This document shows positions 1 to 10,363 of a DNA stretch of 54,820 nucleotides, piece by piece; within the stretch, counting starts at the first letter, position 1; the number at the start of each line of letters is the position of its first letter. The notes beneath the pieces were generated by a model that was not told where the DNA came from, did not search any database, and saw nothing but the letters and a program-made list of their open reading frames with translations. The position numbers were made by a program, and so were the translations under genes. Source of the DNA: a bacterium (GTDB taxonomy: Bacteria; Acidobacteriota; Blastocatellia; HR10); assembly GCA_041640655.1 (NCBI GenBank), contig JBEPZV010000014.1, forward strand, positions 1-54,820, given 5' to 3'.

Positions 1-1301
1 ACACCCCTCCGGCCTCGGAGAAGCGCGATCCGTGGACGCTCGACCGCGAGGAGTTTCGCGCGATCGTGAGCGGCGAGCGCCCGCTTGCCGAGAGCCTCAA
101 GAGAACCATCGAGGGGTTCGGATCGCTTTACGCGACCGAGGTCGAAGCGCGATGGCGGGAGATGAGTCCCGCGGCCGCGCCCTCACCTGATCTCGCCTAC
201 GCAGCCTTCCGGAGTGTTCTGGAGGACCTCGCGCGCTCCCGACACCCGATCCTCTATTCTCGCGAGCCACTGGAGCGCTGGGATCCGGCGCGCGCATCCC
301 CGCGCGATGTGCTCCTGTCGGCGATCCCGCTGTCGCAAGCCAAGGGGTGGAGCGCGACGCGCTGGGAGTCATTCTCCCAAGCGGCGGAAGTCTACTACGA
401 TCTCGTGCGTCGGGCCGAGCGCTTTCAGCAGATGCGCACGACCCTTCAGCGTCATCTCGCGGCGCAGATCGAGAAGCGGGAGCGGTTACGGAAGCGCTTG
501 GACGAGGATCAGCGCGCGCTCGGCGATCCGGAGCTGTGGCGACGATGGGGGGAGCTGCTGCTGGCCAATGCCCACATGGCCGTGCGAACCCCATCCGGTT
601 TCCTCGTGACCGATCATTATGATCCGGAGCAACGCGTGATCGAGATCCCGACCTCGGCGGCAACACCGCAGCAGGCGGCCGCGGAGTATTTCCAGCGGTA
701 TCGGAAGGCCAAGCAGGGAGCGCGGGTGATCGCCGAACGGCAGGCAGTGATCGAGCGGGAGCTGGAGGAGCTGCGGCGCATCCAGGGGCGTGTGGAGACC
801 GCTGACGCTCTTCCAACCTTGGAACACATCGCGCGCGATCTCGGCCTGGCTCCTTCGGGCGAACGTTCAGCAGCAGGGCGCCCGACGCCGACCTCGCTCA
901 AAAGGGGCGCCGCGCGCATCCCGGGCGTGTATCATTTCCGCTCTTCGGATGGGTTCGACATCTTGGTCGGCAAGAGTGCCGAGGACAACGAACGGCTCAC
1001 GTTCCGCGTGGCCGCTCCTCATGACATCTGGTTACATGCGGCCGACTATCCGGGCTCGCACGTCATCATCCGACGGGCGAAGGGGCAAGTCGTTCCCCCC
1101 CGCACCCTCCTGGAGGCGGCGCAATTAGCTGCTTTCTTCAGTCAGGCTCGGCATTCGAGCACAGTCGTCGTGGCCTATACAGAGCGCAAGTTCGTGAGTA
1201 AAATTCCCCGATCAAAGCCGGGGCTTGTGCGGCTGAGCGAGTTCCGCTCGCTCACGGTCGAGCCCAAGATCGCGGCTGAACGCGTGCTCACGGAGGGATG
1301 A
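1..1301 (+). CDS. rqcH: Rqc2/RqcH (NFACT, FbpA-like) ribosome quality-control protein, 5'-truncated by the window
   Basis: Frame is open from the window start (codons from nt 3). Coiled coil, 'GELLLAN', 'AAEYFQRYRKAK', and a C-terminal NFACT-R domain 'DGFDILVGKSAEDNERLT...DIWLHAADYPGSHVII...AAQLAAFFS'. Confidence 0.9.
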   Translation, partial: TPPASEKRDPWTLDREEFRAIVSGERPLAESLKRTIEGFGSLYATEVEARWREMSPAAAPSPDLAYAAFRSVLEDLARSRHPILYSREPLERWDPARASPRDVLLSAIPLSQAKGWSATRWESFSQAAEVYYDLVRRAERFQQMRTTLQRHLAAQIEKRERLRKRLDEDQRALGDPELWRRWGELLLANAHMAVRTPSGFLVTDHYDPEQRVIEIPTSAATPQQAAAEYFQRYRKAKQGARVIAERQAVIERELEELRRIQGRVETADALPTLEHIARDLGLAPSGERSAAGRPTPTSLKRGAARIPGVYHFRSSDGFDILVGKSAEDNERLTFRVAAPHDIWLHAADYPGSHVIIRRAKGQVVPPRTLLEAAQLAAFFSQARHSSTVVVAYTERKFVSKIPRSKPGLVRLSEFRSLTVEPKIAAERVLTEG

Positions 1302-2203
1302 GCGGGGGCGCGATGTCGGGGTTCGTGGAATTGTGGGTGAGTCTGGAGGAGTCCGTGCTCGCGGACGCCTCGATCGCCTGGCGGTATCGGCCGGCCTTGC
1401 TCTTTGAGTGCTTGCTGGAGTTTCGCGATCTCCGGGCGGAGATCGTGCATTCGGAGGATCGCCGGTATACGACCTGGTTGCCGCGTGATGAAGCGGCGGC
1501 CGATTGGAGCGTCTCGGCTGTTGGGGAGCTCGCGCCGGAGCAGATCCGCACGACGCCACAGCCCGGGATTCGCCCCTACGAGGGCGTGGTAGCGCTCACT
1601 GATGCACGCCTGGCGGAGTTCGAGAACGATTTGATCGAGCACCTGATGCGCTCCGAGCGCGTGATCCTCCACCACAATCCGAACCTGCGGCTCTATTCCC
1701 GGTTGAACGAGAGCCAGGAAGCGTTCCTGGAACGCGCGCTCGAGGAGGTGCGCGCGCGCCTTCAGCCGACGCTGAAGGAGTTGATGCGGGAATTTCAGCT
1801 CCAACTAGAGCAGCTGCGGCAGAGGCCGCTTTCAGACGATGTGCCGGAGGAGCTTCGCTCGGGCTTGGAGGTGCAGCGGCGGCGGATGATCTCGCGCGTG
1901 GAGGCGCGGTTGAATCGCGTGGTGTTGGATCATCCGATTGGCGCGGTTCTGCGAGGCGAATCGGCGGAGGGCGTCTTGGACGTCTCGCCGGAGGGGGAGA
2001 AAGGGGGAGAGGTTCCTGACGAATTGCAGCCGCTCGCGCAGGAGCTGGAGCGCCTCTACGAGACGGCGGCCGCGCGCGCCGGAGCCCTTTTGCGAGAGGC
2101 GCTGGAGCAGGCGCGCGAGTGCGAGCCATATGCGGTCGCGCTGCATCCTCATGGGATTCGCATCTTGCGCCGGGCGTTGCTCTGGGTTCCGACTCCGGAT
2201 TGA
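1298..2203 (+). CDS. Hypothetical protein; resembles the C-terminal region of long HerA/DUF87-like ATPases
   Basis: 301-aa ORF with ATGA overlap onto the rqcH stop; 'YRPALL', '[14 protein letters not shown]' followed by coiled coil; no Walker motif. Confidence 0.7.
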   Translation: MSGGAMSGFVELWVSLEESVLADASIAWRYRPALLFECLLEFRDLRAEIVHSEDRRYTTWLPRDEAAADWSVSAVGELAPEQIRTTPQPGIRPYEGVVALTDARLAEFENDLIEHLMRSERVILHHNPNLRLYSRLNESQEAFLERALEEVRARLQPTLKELMREFQLQLEQLRQRPLSDDVPEELRSGLEVQRRRMISRVEARLNRVVLDHPIGAVLRGESAEGVLDVSPEGEKGGEVPDELQPLAQELERLYETAAARAGALLREALEQARECEPYAVALHPHGIRILRRALLWVPTPD

Positions 2204-2258
2204 TTTGGCACATCGGAGGCGTTGCGGGTATCATTTTCCGCTTGATTGGGATCGGGCG

Positions 2259-3227
2259 ATGAGAGTGAAGGTGCTCTTTCACGATCGGTGCTTCGATGGG
2301 GTCGCCTCGGCGGTCGTCTTCTCTCGATTCTATCGAGAACGGGTGAATCCGCGCGCGGAGTTCGCGTATGCGGGGTTGATGCATCGAGCCGGCCGTCTCT
2401 TCGATGATGGGGCCTTCGATGGGGACGAGAACGCGATCGTGGATTTCAAGTACAGCAGCTCCGAGCGCTTGACCTGGTGGTTCGATCATCATGATAGTGC
2501 GTTCCTCTCTCCAGAGGATGAGGCCCATTTCCGTCGGGACCGGAGCGGGAAGAAGTTCCTCGATCCGACGTACAAATCGTGTACGAAGTTGGTCGCTGAC
2601 ATCACGGCCGCGCGCTTCGGGTTCGATCCGACGCCGCTGGAGGAGCTGATCCGATGGGCGGACATCATTGATGGCGCGCAGTATCCGGATCCCCGGGCGG
2701 CGATTGATCTGACCGAGCCGGCCATGAAGCTGATGCTCGTCGTCGAAGCGGGGCGGGACGATCACCTCCCGGAGCGGGTGATCCGCGCGTTGCAGGAGAA
2801 GTCCCTGGCGGAAGTCGTCAAAGAGCCGCCCATCGCCGAATGGGTGGAGCCTCTCCTGAAGTGGCATGAGCAGGCGATCGAGACAATCCGTCGCGTCGTG
2901 CGCTGCGAGCGCGATGTCGCCTATTTTGATGTGAGCGAGTATGGCTTGGAGGGGTACAACAAGTTCATCCCCTACTACCTCTGCCCGGAAGCGACCTACA
3001 GCATCGGCGTGAGCCTCTCTCCCGTGCGCGCGAAGATCTCCGTGGGGTCGAATCCATGGGCTCCGCGACCGCGTCGTCATAATCTGGCCAAGATTTGCGA
3101 GCGATACGGCGGCGGTGGCCATGCGGCGGTCGCGGCTATCTCTCTCCCGCCGGAGGAGATCGAGCGCGCGCGCGCGATCGCGCGGGAGATCCTGCGCGAG
3201 CTGCAGCAGTCGGAAGCGACTTCGTGA
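2259..3227 (+). CDS. DHH-family phosphoesterase
   Basis: ATG 2259 ([14 protein letters not shown]); motifs FDG..S, IVDF, FDHH and C-terminal GGGH (DHHA1-like). Confidence 0.88.
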   Translation: MRVKVLFHDRCFDGVASAVVFSRFYRERVNPRAEFAYAGLMHRAGRLFDDGAFDGDENAIVDFKYSSSERLTWWFDHHDSAFLSPEDEAHFRRDRSGKKFLDPTYKSCTKLVADITAARFGFDPTPLEELIRWADIIDGAQYPDPRAAIDLTEPAMKLMLVVEAGRDDHLPERVIRALQEKSLAEVVKEPPIAEWVEPLLKWHEQAIETIRRVVRCERDVAYFDVSEYGLEGYNKFIPYYLCPEATYSIGVSLSPVRAKISVGSNPWAPRPRRHNLAKICERYGGGGHAAVAAISLPPEEIERARAIAREILRELQQSEATS

Positions 3228-3252
3228 GGGTCGCCCGCGGCGAAAATTCCTC

Positions 3253-3281
3253 TTGTCCTTTGCCTCAGATCATGCTATCCT
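3253..3281 (+). promoter_or_regulatory. Putative sigma70 promoter for the M23 peptidase
   Basis: TTGTCC-N17-TATCCT with TGn extension; AGGAGGT SD before ATG 3351. Confidence 0.5.
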
Positions 3282-3350
3282 AAGCCCCGTCTCGTCCGAA
3301 ACATACAGCGGGTGGCGTGGAGGGAAATTCGGGGTGAAGGAGGTGTTCGT

Positions 3351-4214
3351 ATGCGCAGGGAGAATGTGTTTTACACGCTCATCATCGCGCCCGCGACGAG
3401 TTCGCGCTTTTATAAAATCGTCATTCACCACAAGCACCTCTACGGCGCCGTCTTGATCGGTCTGATCGGACTGGGCGTCCTCAGCATGGCGAGCGTCTGG
3501 ATGATGCGGCGAGCGGTCGTGCTCATGCGATATGCGCGCATCACGCGGGAGAACGAGGTGCTCAAGCGGGAATATCTCACGCAATTGAGCGAACTGCGCT
3601 CTCGCCTGACCTTCTTGGAGGCCGAAGCGCATCAGATGCGGCAAGCGGCTCAGCAGATGGGAATCGCGCTGGAGGACATCGAGGTCGAGGCGTCCTCCTC
3701 ACCGTCCCCAAAAGGAAAGGGCGGACCGCACGAGTTGCAGTCCTTCGCGGAGGAGATCGCTCGCGTGGAGGTGATAGTGAAGACTCTGCGCGCGCATCTG
3801 GAGCGCGAGCGCATGCGTCGGGCGACGACGCCTCAGGGATGGCCCGTACAGGGGGGATTGAACGATCGGTTTGGCATCCGGCGCGATCCCTTCGGTGCAG
3901 GGTATGAGTTCCATGCGGGTGTGGATGTGGAGGCGCGATATGGCGAGCCGGTGCGCGCGACGGCTGATGGGATGGTGGTCTTCGCCGCCTATCGCGGGGG
4001 GTACGGGAACCTCGTGATCCTCGATCACGGCAACGGGATCACGACGTTCTATGGGCATCTGTCGCGGATCGCTGTGCGCGTCGGTCAGGTGGTAAAGCGC
4101 GGTCACGTCTTGGGGCGAGCCGGGAGCACGGGACGATCAACGGGGCCGCACGTCCATTACGAGGTGCGGGTGAACGATCGCCCGGTGAATCCGCTGCGCT
4201 TCGCCGGAGGATGA
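3351..4214 (+). CDS. M23-family metallopeptidase with N-terminal TM segment and coiled coil
   Basis: HAGVD (HxxxD) and GPHVHYEV (HxH); 'GYGNLVILDHG', 'YGHLS'; strong SD. Confidence 0.92.
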   Translation: MRRENVFYTLIIAPATSSRFYKIVIHHKHLYGAVLIGLIGLGVLSMASVWMMRRAVVLMRYARITRENEVLKREYLTQLSELRSRLTFLEAEAHQMRQAAQQMGIALEDIEVEASSSPSPKGKGGPHELQSFAEEIARVEVIVKTLRAHLERERMRRATTPQGWPVQGGLNDRFGIRRDPFGAGYEFHAGVDVEARYGEPVRATADGMVVFAAYRGGYGNLVILDHGNGITTFYGHLSRIAVRVGQVVKRGHVLGRAGSTGRSTGPHVHYEVRVNDRPVNPLRFAGG

Positions 4215-4251
4215 ACGCAAGGGGCCTAGGGCCGCGCTGTCGAGGGCGCAC

Positions 4252-4701
4252 CTACTTCGCGCTGTAATCCCAGAAGAAGACCCCTTCGGGCCGCAGACGC
4301 ACAATGAGCGTCTCTGGCGTGTAGAGTTCCTGAAAAGCGCGGCTCTCGGGCGAGCCGTAATACTTCGTGCCCAGAGCGCGCCAGACCTTGCGCCAGAGGC
4401 GCGGATCCGTGACTTCTTCGGCCCGCCCCCAGAAGGAGACTCCCTTGTAGGTGCGCACGCTCGTTCCCCCATCCATGACCCATCCGACGCGAGGGTTCTT
4501 CAAAACAGCGCGGCCTTTCGCACTCTCGCGATCCGTCCCGAAGAAGCAGTCGTTTCCGATCATGACGAACCAGAGGGGGAGGACATGCGGATATCCCCTC
4601 CCGTCGGTGAAGGCCAGGCGCATGATCTTCTGACTCTCGCAGAATTCTCGGAGTCGTCGTGGCAGGCGTCGCATCGGAGACCCTCCGAATCGTGTGCTCA
4701 T
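4252..4701 (-). CDS. Pyridoxamine 5'-phosphate oxidase-like (FMN/F420 split-barrel) protein
   Basis: '[19 protein letters not shown]...K...NPRV'; ATG 4701 overlaps the folD stop (alternative ATG 4674). Confidence 0.8.
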   Translation of the reverse strand: MSTRFGGSPMRRLPRRLREFCESQKIMRLAFTDGRGYPHVLPLWFVMIGNDCFFGTDRESAKGRAVLKNPRVGWVMDGGTSVRTYKGVSFWGRAEEVTDPRLWRKVWRALGTKYYGSPESRAFQELYTPETLIVRLRPEGVFFWDYSAK

Positions 4702-5636
4702 GGGGTTGCCGCGCAGGCCAGGGCGCGTCGCCAGCGCGCGGCTTTGACAGTGTTCTTCATGAGCATGGCGATGGTCAACGGGCCAACGCCTCCAGGCACG
4801 GGCGTCACATAACCGGCCACGGGCAGGACGCTCGTCGGATGCACATCGCCGACGAGTGTATAACCCTTCGATGCCCATTCGCTCAGGCGTTTCTCGTCCG
4901 ATCCGAAGAGGCGTTCGACCTCCGCGCGATCGGTCACTTTGTTGATGCCCACGTCAATGACGACAGCGCCCGGTTTGACGTATTCGGCCGTGATCATGGC
5001 CGTCCGACCGATCGCCGCGACCAGAATGTCCGCCTGGCGCGCGATCTCGGACAAATTCGGCGTGCGGCTGTGGCAGATCGTCACGGTCGCGTGACGATGC
5101 AGGAGCATCAACGCCAGGGGCTTCCCCACGATGTCGCTGCGCCCGATGACGACGGCGCGCTGCCCCTCAATGGGGATTCGCGTCCGCTCCAGCAGCTCGA
5201 TGATGCCAGCCGGGGTGCACGGCTCCAACGTCTCCTGATTGCGCACCAGGCGCCCGACATTCACCGGATGGAAGCCATCCACATCCTTGGCCGGATCAAT
5301 CGCATCGAGCACCCGCCGGGTGTCCACATGTCGAGGCAGGGGCAATTGGACAAGGATGCCATCAATCTCCTGGCGGGCATTCAAGCGGGCGATCAGGTCG
5401 AGCAGCTCTTCGGTCGTCGTCGTCTCCGGCAGCTCGTACTTCTCCGAATAGATGCCCAGTTCCCCGCAGGTCTTCACTTTGCTGTTGACGTAGACCTGAG
5501 AGGCGGGATTGGTCCCCACCAGCACGGCCGCCAGGCCCGGACGAATGCCATACCCCGCGAGCCTTTCGACCTCGTGGGCGACTTCATTCTTGATCTGCCG
5601 CGCGATGGCCAGGCCATCGAGTTTCTGTGCCGTCAT
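4698..5636 (-). CDS. folD: Bifunctional methylenetetrahydrofolate dehydrogenase/cyclohydrolase
   Basis: 'YVNSK', 'GILVQLPLP', 'KDVDGFHP', 'PCTPAG', 'GRSDIVGKP', '[11 protein letters not shown]'. Confidence 0.98.
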   Translation of the reverse strand: MTAQKLDGLAIARQIKNEVAHEVERLAGYGIRPGLAAVLVGTNPASQVYVNSKVKTCGELGIYSEKYELPETTTTEELLDLIARLNARQEIDGILVQLPLPRHVDTRRVLDAIDPAKDVDGFHPVNVGRLVRNQETLEPCTPAGIIELLERTRIPIEGQRAVVIGRSDIVGKPLALMLLHRHATVTICHSRTPNLSEIARQADILVAAIGRTAMITAEYVKPGAVVIDVGINKVTDRAEVERLFGSDEKRLSEWASKGYTLVGDVHPTSVLPVAGYVTPVPGGVGPLTIAMLMKNTVKAARWRRALACAATP

Positions 5637-6223
5637 GTGCTTCCCTCCCCTTCCGATGGCAAACGGTTCAAGCCGATCTGCGCGCTGATGGGGCGCAGGG
5701 CGGAGATGATGAAGGCGATCAGATCGTCGAGGTCCATCCCCAACTCCTCGGCGCCGCGATAGACGATGGCGCGATCTACGCCTCGGGCGAAGGCCTTATC
5801 CTTGAGCTTCTTCTTGACCGAAGCCACCGGCAGGTCATCCACGCTGCGCGATGGGCGTACCAGCGCGCAGGCGATGATGAAGCCCGTCAGCTCATCCACC
5901 GCGTAGAGGACCTTCGCCAACAGCGTGTCGCGCGGAACGCCCGTGTAATCAGCATGCCCGAGGATAGCGCGTACGATTTCCTCCGGATATCCGCGCTCGC
6001 GCAGCACCTCGGCCCCGCGCATTGGGTGGTCGGGAGGATTCGGATATCGTTCATAATCGAAATCGTGCAAGAGGCCGGCGATCCCCCACGTCTCCTCATC
6101 CTCGCCATAGTGGCGCGCAAACGCGCGCATGACGGCCTCGACGGCGAGCGCGTGTTTGATCAAGCTCTCGCTCGTAGTGTATTCGCAGAGTAAGGCATAT
6201 GCCGCTTCGCGCGTCGGCCCCAT
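5633..6223 (-). CDS. HD/HDIG-domain metal-dependent phosphohydrolase
   Basis: 'KHALAV...GLLHDFDY...ILGH...AVDELTG...[11 protein letters not shown]'; ATG 6223 with GGAGGA SD. Confidence 0.9.
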   Translation of the reverse strand: MGPTREAAYALLCEYTTSESLIKHALAVEAVMRAFARHYGEDEETWGIAGLLHDFDYERYPNPPDHPMRGAEVLRERGYPEEIVRAILGHADYTGVPRDTLLAKVLYAVDELTGFIIACALVRPSRSVDDLPVASVKKKLKDKAFARGVDRAIVYRGAEELGMDLDDLIAFIISALRPISAQIGLNRLPSEGEGST

Positions 6224-6291
6224 GAGACGTCCTCCTCCGGTCACCGAATGCTCAATCTATTCCCACCTGTGTGCCCATCAACGTCCGGCGA

Positions 6292-6300
6292 TGATATAAT
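6292..6300 (+). promoter_or_regulatory. Extended -10 promoter element for the transglycosylase operon
   Basis: Perfect TGnTATAAT in an AT-richer divergent intergenic region. Confidence 0.6.
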
Positions 6301-6380
6301 GACACGCCGATCAGTCGAGATATTAAACACGGTCTCGGCGGTTTTCTCAAGCCGCGCTTCGCGGGGGAAGGTGGTCGCGC

Positions 6381-8963
6381 ATGCTGATGCACGCGGATGA
6401 TCTCGCACGGGAATGGCGGGAACACGTGGTGCAGGAAGCCGTGCTCCGGCAGAGTCAGGGGCGTGTCCGTGCGATCACGCGGGTGTTCGTCGGGCTCACC
6501 GTTCTGATGCTCTTCGCGTCGGCGGTGGGGATGGCGGCGTCTCCTGGCGCGAACGCGGCCGAGAGGGCGCAGGAGCGACTCCTCCGTGCTCTGGAACGGG
6601 AAGACTTCGCCGGTGCTGAACGCCTTCTTCACGAGATCGAGCGGGAGGATCCGGCGCTCTTCGCCCGTCGGCATTATGAGTATCTGCGAGCGCGGCTGCG
6701 GCAGCGGATGGGGAATCGGGAAGGGGCCATTCGCGCCTTCCGGCGCGTGCTGGAGCGCGAGGACCTGCTGAGCGTTTACGCCCTCTGGCATCTGGCGGAG
6801 ATCGCCCGTCAGCAGGACGATTGGGAGCGCGAGCGGGCGTTCCTGCTTCAGGCTTTGGAGAAGCAGCCGGCCTTCTGGCTCGAGGAACGCCTCCGGTGGC
6901 GGCTCGCGGAGAATGCGCTGCGCCGAAACGCCTTCCAGGAGGCGATCGAGTTGTATCGAGCCTTCGCGGCCCGGTCCCCGGAGTTCGCTCCCGTGGCGCA
7001 GTTGAAGATCGCGCTGGCCTACCGACAGAGCGGGCGTGCGGAGGAAGCGCGCGCGCTCCTGCTCGCGCTCTCGAACGAACGGGAGCCATCGCGCCGTACG
7101 GGGAATCGGCCGATTCGCGTCGAGGACCTCTTGGGTCTTCCGAACGACGTCGCCCTGCACGCTCTTGAGCAGCTCGACGCCTGGGATCGCGAGCGCTCGG
7201 AGGCGCTCTCCCCCGAGGAGTATCGGCGGCGGGCGCGCCTCTATCGCGCGAATCGGGCGTTCGAGCCGATGCGCGAGCACTACGAGCGCCTGCTGACGCA
7301 ATTCCCCGAACATCCGTTCGTCCCCGAAGCGCTCCTGGAGATCGGGCGCAGCTACTACGCGCAGGGCGAGTTCGATCGCGCCATCCCGTGGTTCGAGCGC
7401 GTCGCTGAGCGCTTCCCGAATACGCCCGAGGGGGAGCAGGGACTCTACCTCATCGGGCATGCACAGGCGCGGGCCGGGCGATGGTCGGAGGCGATCGCGC
7501 GCTACGAGGCCTTCCTCGCGGCCTATCCAAAGAGCGACGCTTTAGCCGGTGCCCACCTGAATCTCATTGACGCTCTGCGCTCGGCCGGGCGCGACCAGGA
7601 GGCGCTGCTGTGGTGTCACCGCACGCGCGCGCGGTTCACCGGACAGCCTGCTGCCGCTGCCGCGCTCTTCTCCCAGGTGCGCATTCGCCTGGGGCGAGGC
7701 GAATTCTCCGCCGCATTGGGCGATCTCGATGAGCTGCTTCGGCTCGATCTGGATCGGCCGGGCCCGCAGGTGCCGGATCGCCATGAGGTCTTGTATTGGC
7801 GAGGGCGCGTCCTGGAGGCGTTAGGGAGGTGGGAAGAAGCCATCGACGCCTATCTGGCTCTCCCCGACGAGCGCGATTCGTACTATGGGCGACGGGCGAC
7901 GGAGCGATTGCGTTTGCTCTGGACGCATCCTCAGGCGGGATCGTTTGTGCGCCAGCGTTTCCGCGAGCTGCGCGCGCACGCGCGATCGGCCCTTCGCAAG
8001 GGCGATGCGCGGGGGGCCAAAATGGCGGCGCAGCGCGCGCTTCGGCTCACGCCCGAAGAAGAGCAGCAGCGACTTCTTCGCCGATGGCTCGTTCGTGCTC
8101 TCCGGCGGCTCCCCGAATACGCGCGCATCGCCCCGTGGGCGCGCCTGGTCGTCGGATGCGAAACGCCCGAGTACGATCTCGGAGAGACCAAGGATATTCG
8201 GGGCGCGCGCGCGGCGGCTTTGGTCTGCCTGGGGCTTTACGATGAAGGCGCGTGGGAGTTGGCGGAGAGCTGGGGATGGGGAGAGGCGGAGGCGCGCTCG
8301 CGCCTTCAGTCGGCCGCGATGTGGGCGGACCCGCTCGATCTGTCGCGACTGTATACGCTCGCGGTGTTCTTTCATCGCGGGGGGTATGCGCACGAGGCGC
8401 TGCGCATCGCCGAGGCGTATTTCGCGCCCCTCATCCCGCGAGACTATCCGCTCGATCAGCTTCCTGGAGAGCTGGCGCGGCTGCTCTATCCGACGCCGTA
8501 TGAGCGCGAGCTTCAGGAGCAGATCGCTCGACGTGGACTCGATCCGGCGCTCGCGCTCGCTCTCCTTCGCGAGGAGAGCCGATTCCGCCCGGATGCGAAA
8601 TCGCCCGCCGCCGCACGGGGTCTGGCCCAATTCGTCCCGGAGACGGCGCGACACTGGGCTGAGCGAGCGGGCCTTCGCTCGTTCCAGGAGCACGACCTGT
8701 ATCGTCCCGATGTCTCCTTGCGCTTGCTCGGTCTTCTTCTGGAGGATCTCATGCGCCGATTCTCGGGGCGTCTTCCCCTTGTCCTCGCGGCCTATAATGC
8801 CGGTGAGGACAACGCGCACCGCTGGCTCGCCCGCGCGCGCTCGGACGATCCCGATCGGTTCGTCAGCGAGATCGGATTCCGGGAGACAAAAGTCTATGTG
8901 CGTCGCGTCCTGGTGGTGTATTGGGCCTACCGGGAAGTGATCGCGGCATCCGTGAGGAGGTGA
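6381..8963 (+). CDS. TPR-repeat soluble lytic transglycosylase (Slt70-like); start uncertain (GTG 6426 possible)
   Basis: N-terminal hydrophobic segment, many TPRs, and SLT motifs 'REESRF', 'GLAQF', 'AAYNAG', 'ETKVYV'. Confidence 0.9.
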   Translation: MLMHADDLAREWREHVVQEAVLRQSQGRVRAITRVFVGLTVLMLFASAVGMAASPGANAAERAQERLLRALEREDFAGAERLLHEIEREDPALFARRHYEYLRARLRQRMGNREGAIRAFRRVLEREDLLSVYALWHLAEIARQQDDWERERAFLLQALEKQPAFWLEERLRWRLAENALRRNAFQEAIELYRAFAARSPEFAPVAQLKIALAYRQSGRAEEARALLLALSNEREPSRRTGNRPIRVEDLLGLPNDVALHALEQLDAWDRERSEALSPEEYRRRARLYRANRAFEPMREHYERLLTQFPEHPFVPEALLEIGRSYYAQGEFDRAIPWFERVAERFPNTPEGEQGLYLIGHAQARAGRWSEAIARYEAFLAAYPKSDALAGAHLNLIDALRSAGRDQEALLWCHRTRARFTGQPAAAAALFSQVRIRLGRGEFSAALGDLDELLRLDLDRPGPQVPDRHEVLYWRGRVLEALGRWEEAIDAYLALPDERDSYYGRRATERLRLLWTHPQAGSFVRQRFRELRAHARSALRKGDARGAKMAAQRALRLTPEEEQQRLLRRWLVRALRRLPEYARIAPWARLVVGCETPEYDLGETKDIRGARAAALVCLGLYDEGAWELAESWGWGEAEARSRLQSAAMWADPLDLSRLYTLAVFFHRGGYAHEALRIAEAYFAPLIPRDYPLDQLPGELARLLYPTPYERELQEQIARRGLDPALALALLREESRFRPDAKSPAAARGLAQFVPETARHWAERAGLRSFQEHDLYRPDVSLRLLGLLLEDLMRRFSGRLPLVLAAYNAGEDNAHRWLARARSDDPDRFVSEIGFRETKVYVRRVLVVYWAYREVIAASVRR

Positions 8964-8967
8964 GGAC

Positions 8968-9846
8968 GTGAGACTGCGGAGGATGATCGGTGGACTGTTG
9001 TGGATCGTAGCTCTCGCATCGGTGGGTGAGGCGCAGCGCGCGCGTCCGGTCACTCCAGAGGCTGAAATTCGCCGCCTCATCGAGACGTTCCGTCGCGGAT
9101 GGGAGGAGAATGACGCGGAAGCCCTGCGACGGACGTGCGCTCCGGAGGTCGTCCTGGTCAGTCTCGGCCGGCGTGATCAGGGGATCGAGGAGGTCGTGGA
9201 GCATCTGCGCGTCGCTTTCCAGAATTTCCCTCACGTGGAACTGCGACTGGATCGCCTTCAGGTGCGCCCGATGGGCGCGATCGCCTGGGCGCAGGCGGAG
9301 GCGCACTACGTGCAGAAGACGACGCACGGGACGTCGCTCGCCTATACCGGATATGCGTCCTTCCTGCTGAGGCGAGAGCGCGTCGGATGGCGCCTCGTCC
9401 ACGTGGACCTCAATGCGCGGCCCACGGCGATGGCCCCGACGCCTGCGCCGAGCGAGAGCCTCGTTCTTGACGGCGCATGGCTCCTGGAATCGGCGAAGGA
9501 TCTCAAGACCGGGCGCGCGCTCGGGCAGGGCGCTCTGCTGCTGTTTACCCGCTCCCGCTTCGCGCTCGTGGCCGTCGCGCCGGATCGCCGCCTGCCGCGC
9601 GGGAAACCGCTCTCCGACTATTCGAAGCGAGAGTTACTGGAACTGCTGCGCGAGGTCGAGAGCAGCGTGGGGGAATATCGCCGGGAGGGCGATCGGATTC
9701 ACCTCATCCCCATCTTCTCCCTCTTCCCGGAGATGACGGGCGAGCCGCAGACCTTCGAGAACGTACGACTTGAGCGGGATCGGCTGAGCGTGGAGTGGGA
9801 AGCGCGCGGACGGCGCCTTCTCACCATCTGGAGGCGCGTGGAATGA
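8968..9846 (+). CDS. Exported two-domain protein: NTF2/SnoaL-like plus lipocalin-like domain
   Basis: Signal peptide; NTF2-like pattern ending 'GWRLVHVD'; Pro linker; 'LDGAWLLES...GEYRREGDR...TIWRRVE'. Confidence 0.65.
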   Translation: MRLRRMIGGLLWIVALASVGEAQRARPVTPEAEIRRLIETFRRGWEENDAEALRRTCAPEVVLVSLGRRDQGIEEVVEHLRVAFQNFPHVELRLDRLQVRPMGAIAWAQAEAHYVQKTTHGTSLAYTGYASFLLRRERVGWRLVHVDLNARPTAMAPTPAPSESLVLDGAWLLESAKDLKTGRALGQGALLLFTRSRFALVAVAPDRRLPRGKPLSDYSKRELLELLREVESSVGEYRREGDRIHLIPIFSLFPEMTGEPQTFENVRLERDRLSVEWEARGRRLLTIWRRVE

Positions 9847-10286
9847 AGCCGGTGAGTCAGAAGCGGTCTCCTTCAGATCTCGGGGCGCTCGGCGAGCGCT
9901 TCGCGCTCGAATTCTTGAAGTGGCGCGCGGGCTATCGGATCGTCGCCACCCATGTCGTCCTTCCCATCGGGCGGAGTGCTCAAGGAGCGCGCGTGCTGGG
10001 GGAATTGGACATCGTCGCCTATGATGGCGATGTGCTCGTCTTCGTGGAGGTGAAGACGCGCACCTCTGAGGACGTGGCGCTCGCCGAGGCGAGTGTGGAT
10101 CGGCGCAAGCAGCGCGCGCTCTCTCGCGCCGCGCGCGCGTATCGCCGGTGGTTGCATCTGGAGGCAGCGCCCTATCGGTTCGATCTCGTCACCGTGGTCT
10201 TCGGCGATGGGGCCTCGCCGGAGATCACACTGACGCCGGGTGCGTTCGAGGACCCGATGGGCTCCCCCCGGATGCCCCGCCGGTGA
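9843..10286 (+). CDS. yraN: YraN (UPF0102) PD-(D/E)xK family protein
   Basis: 'LGALGE', 'GELDIVA...LVFVEVKTR', 'RFDLV'; ATGA overlap with the upstream stop. Confidence 0.92.
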   Translation: MKPVSQKRSPSDLGALGERFALEFLKWRAGYRIVATHVVLPIGRSAQGARVLGELDIVAYDGDVLVFVEVKTRTSEDVALAEASVDRRKQRALSRAARAYRRWLHLEAAPYRFDLVTVVFGDGASPEITLTPGAFEDPMGSPRMPRR

Positions 10287-10363
10287 GTCTTGCAGTGGTT
10301 TGGTCTCTTCGAGGGTCTTGTGATACATTGAATCGCTCGTGAACAGGGCGCGCGGGGGCTTCG

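Noticed and set aside
1938..2258. Long N-terminal extensions given by the ORF track (DHH, nfeD 12219, M28 23598, comF 31484, rpmB 33139, PPIase 34449, atpE 53885)
   Set aside because: Most overlap neighbouring genes; downstream starts with an SD or stop-start coupling match the family N-termini better.
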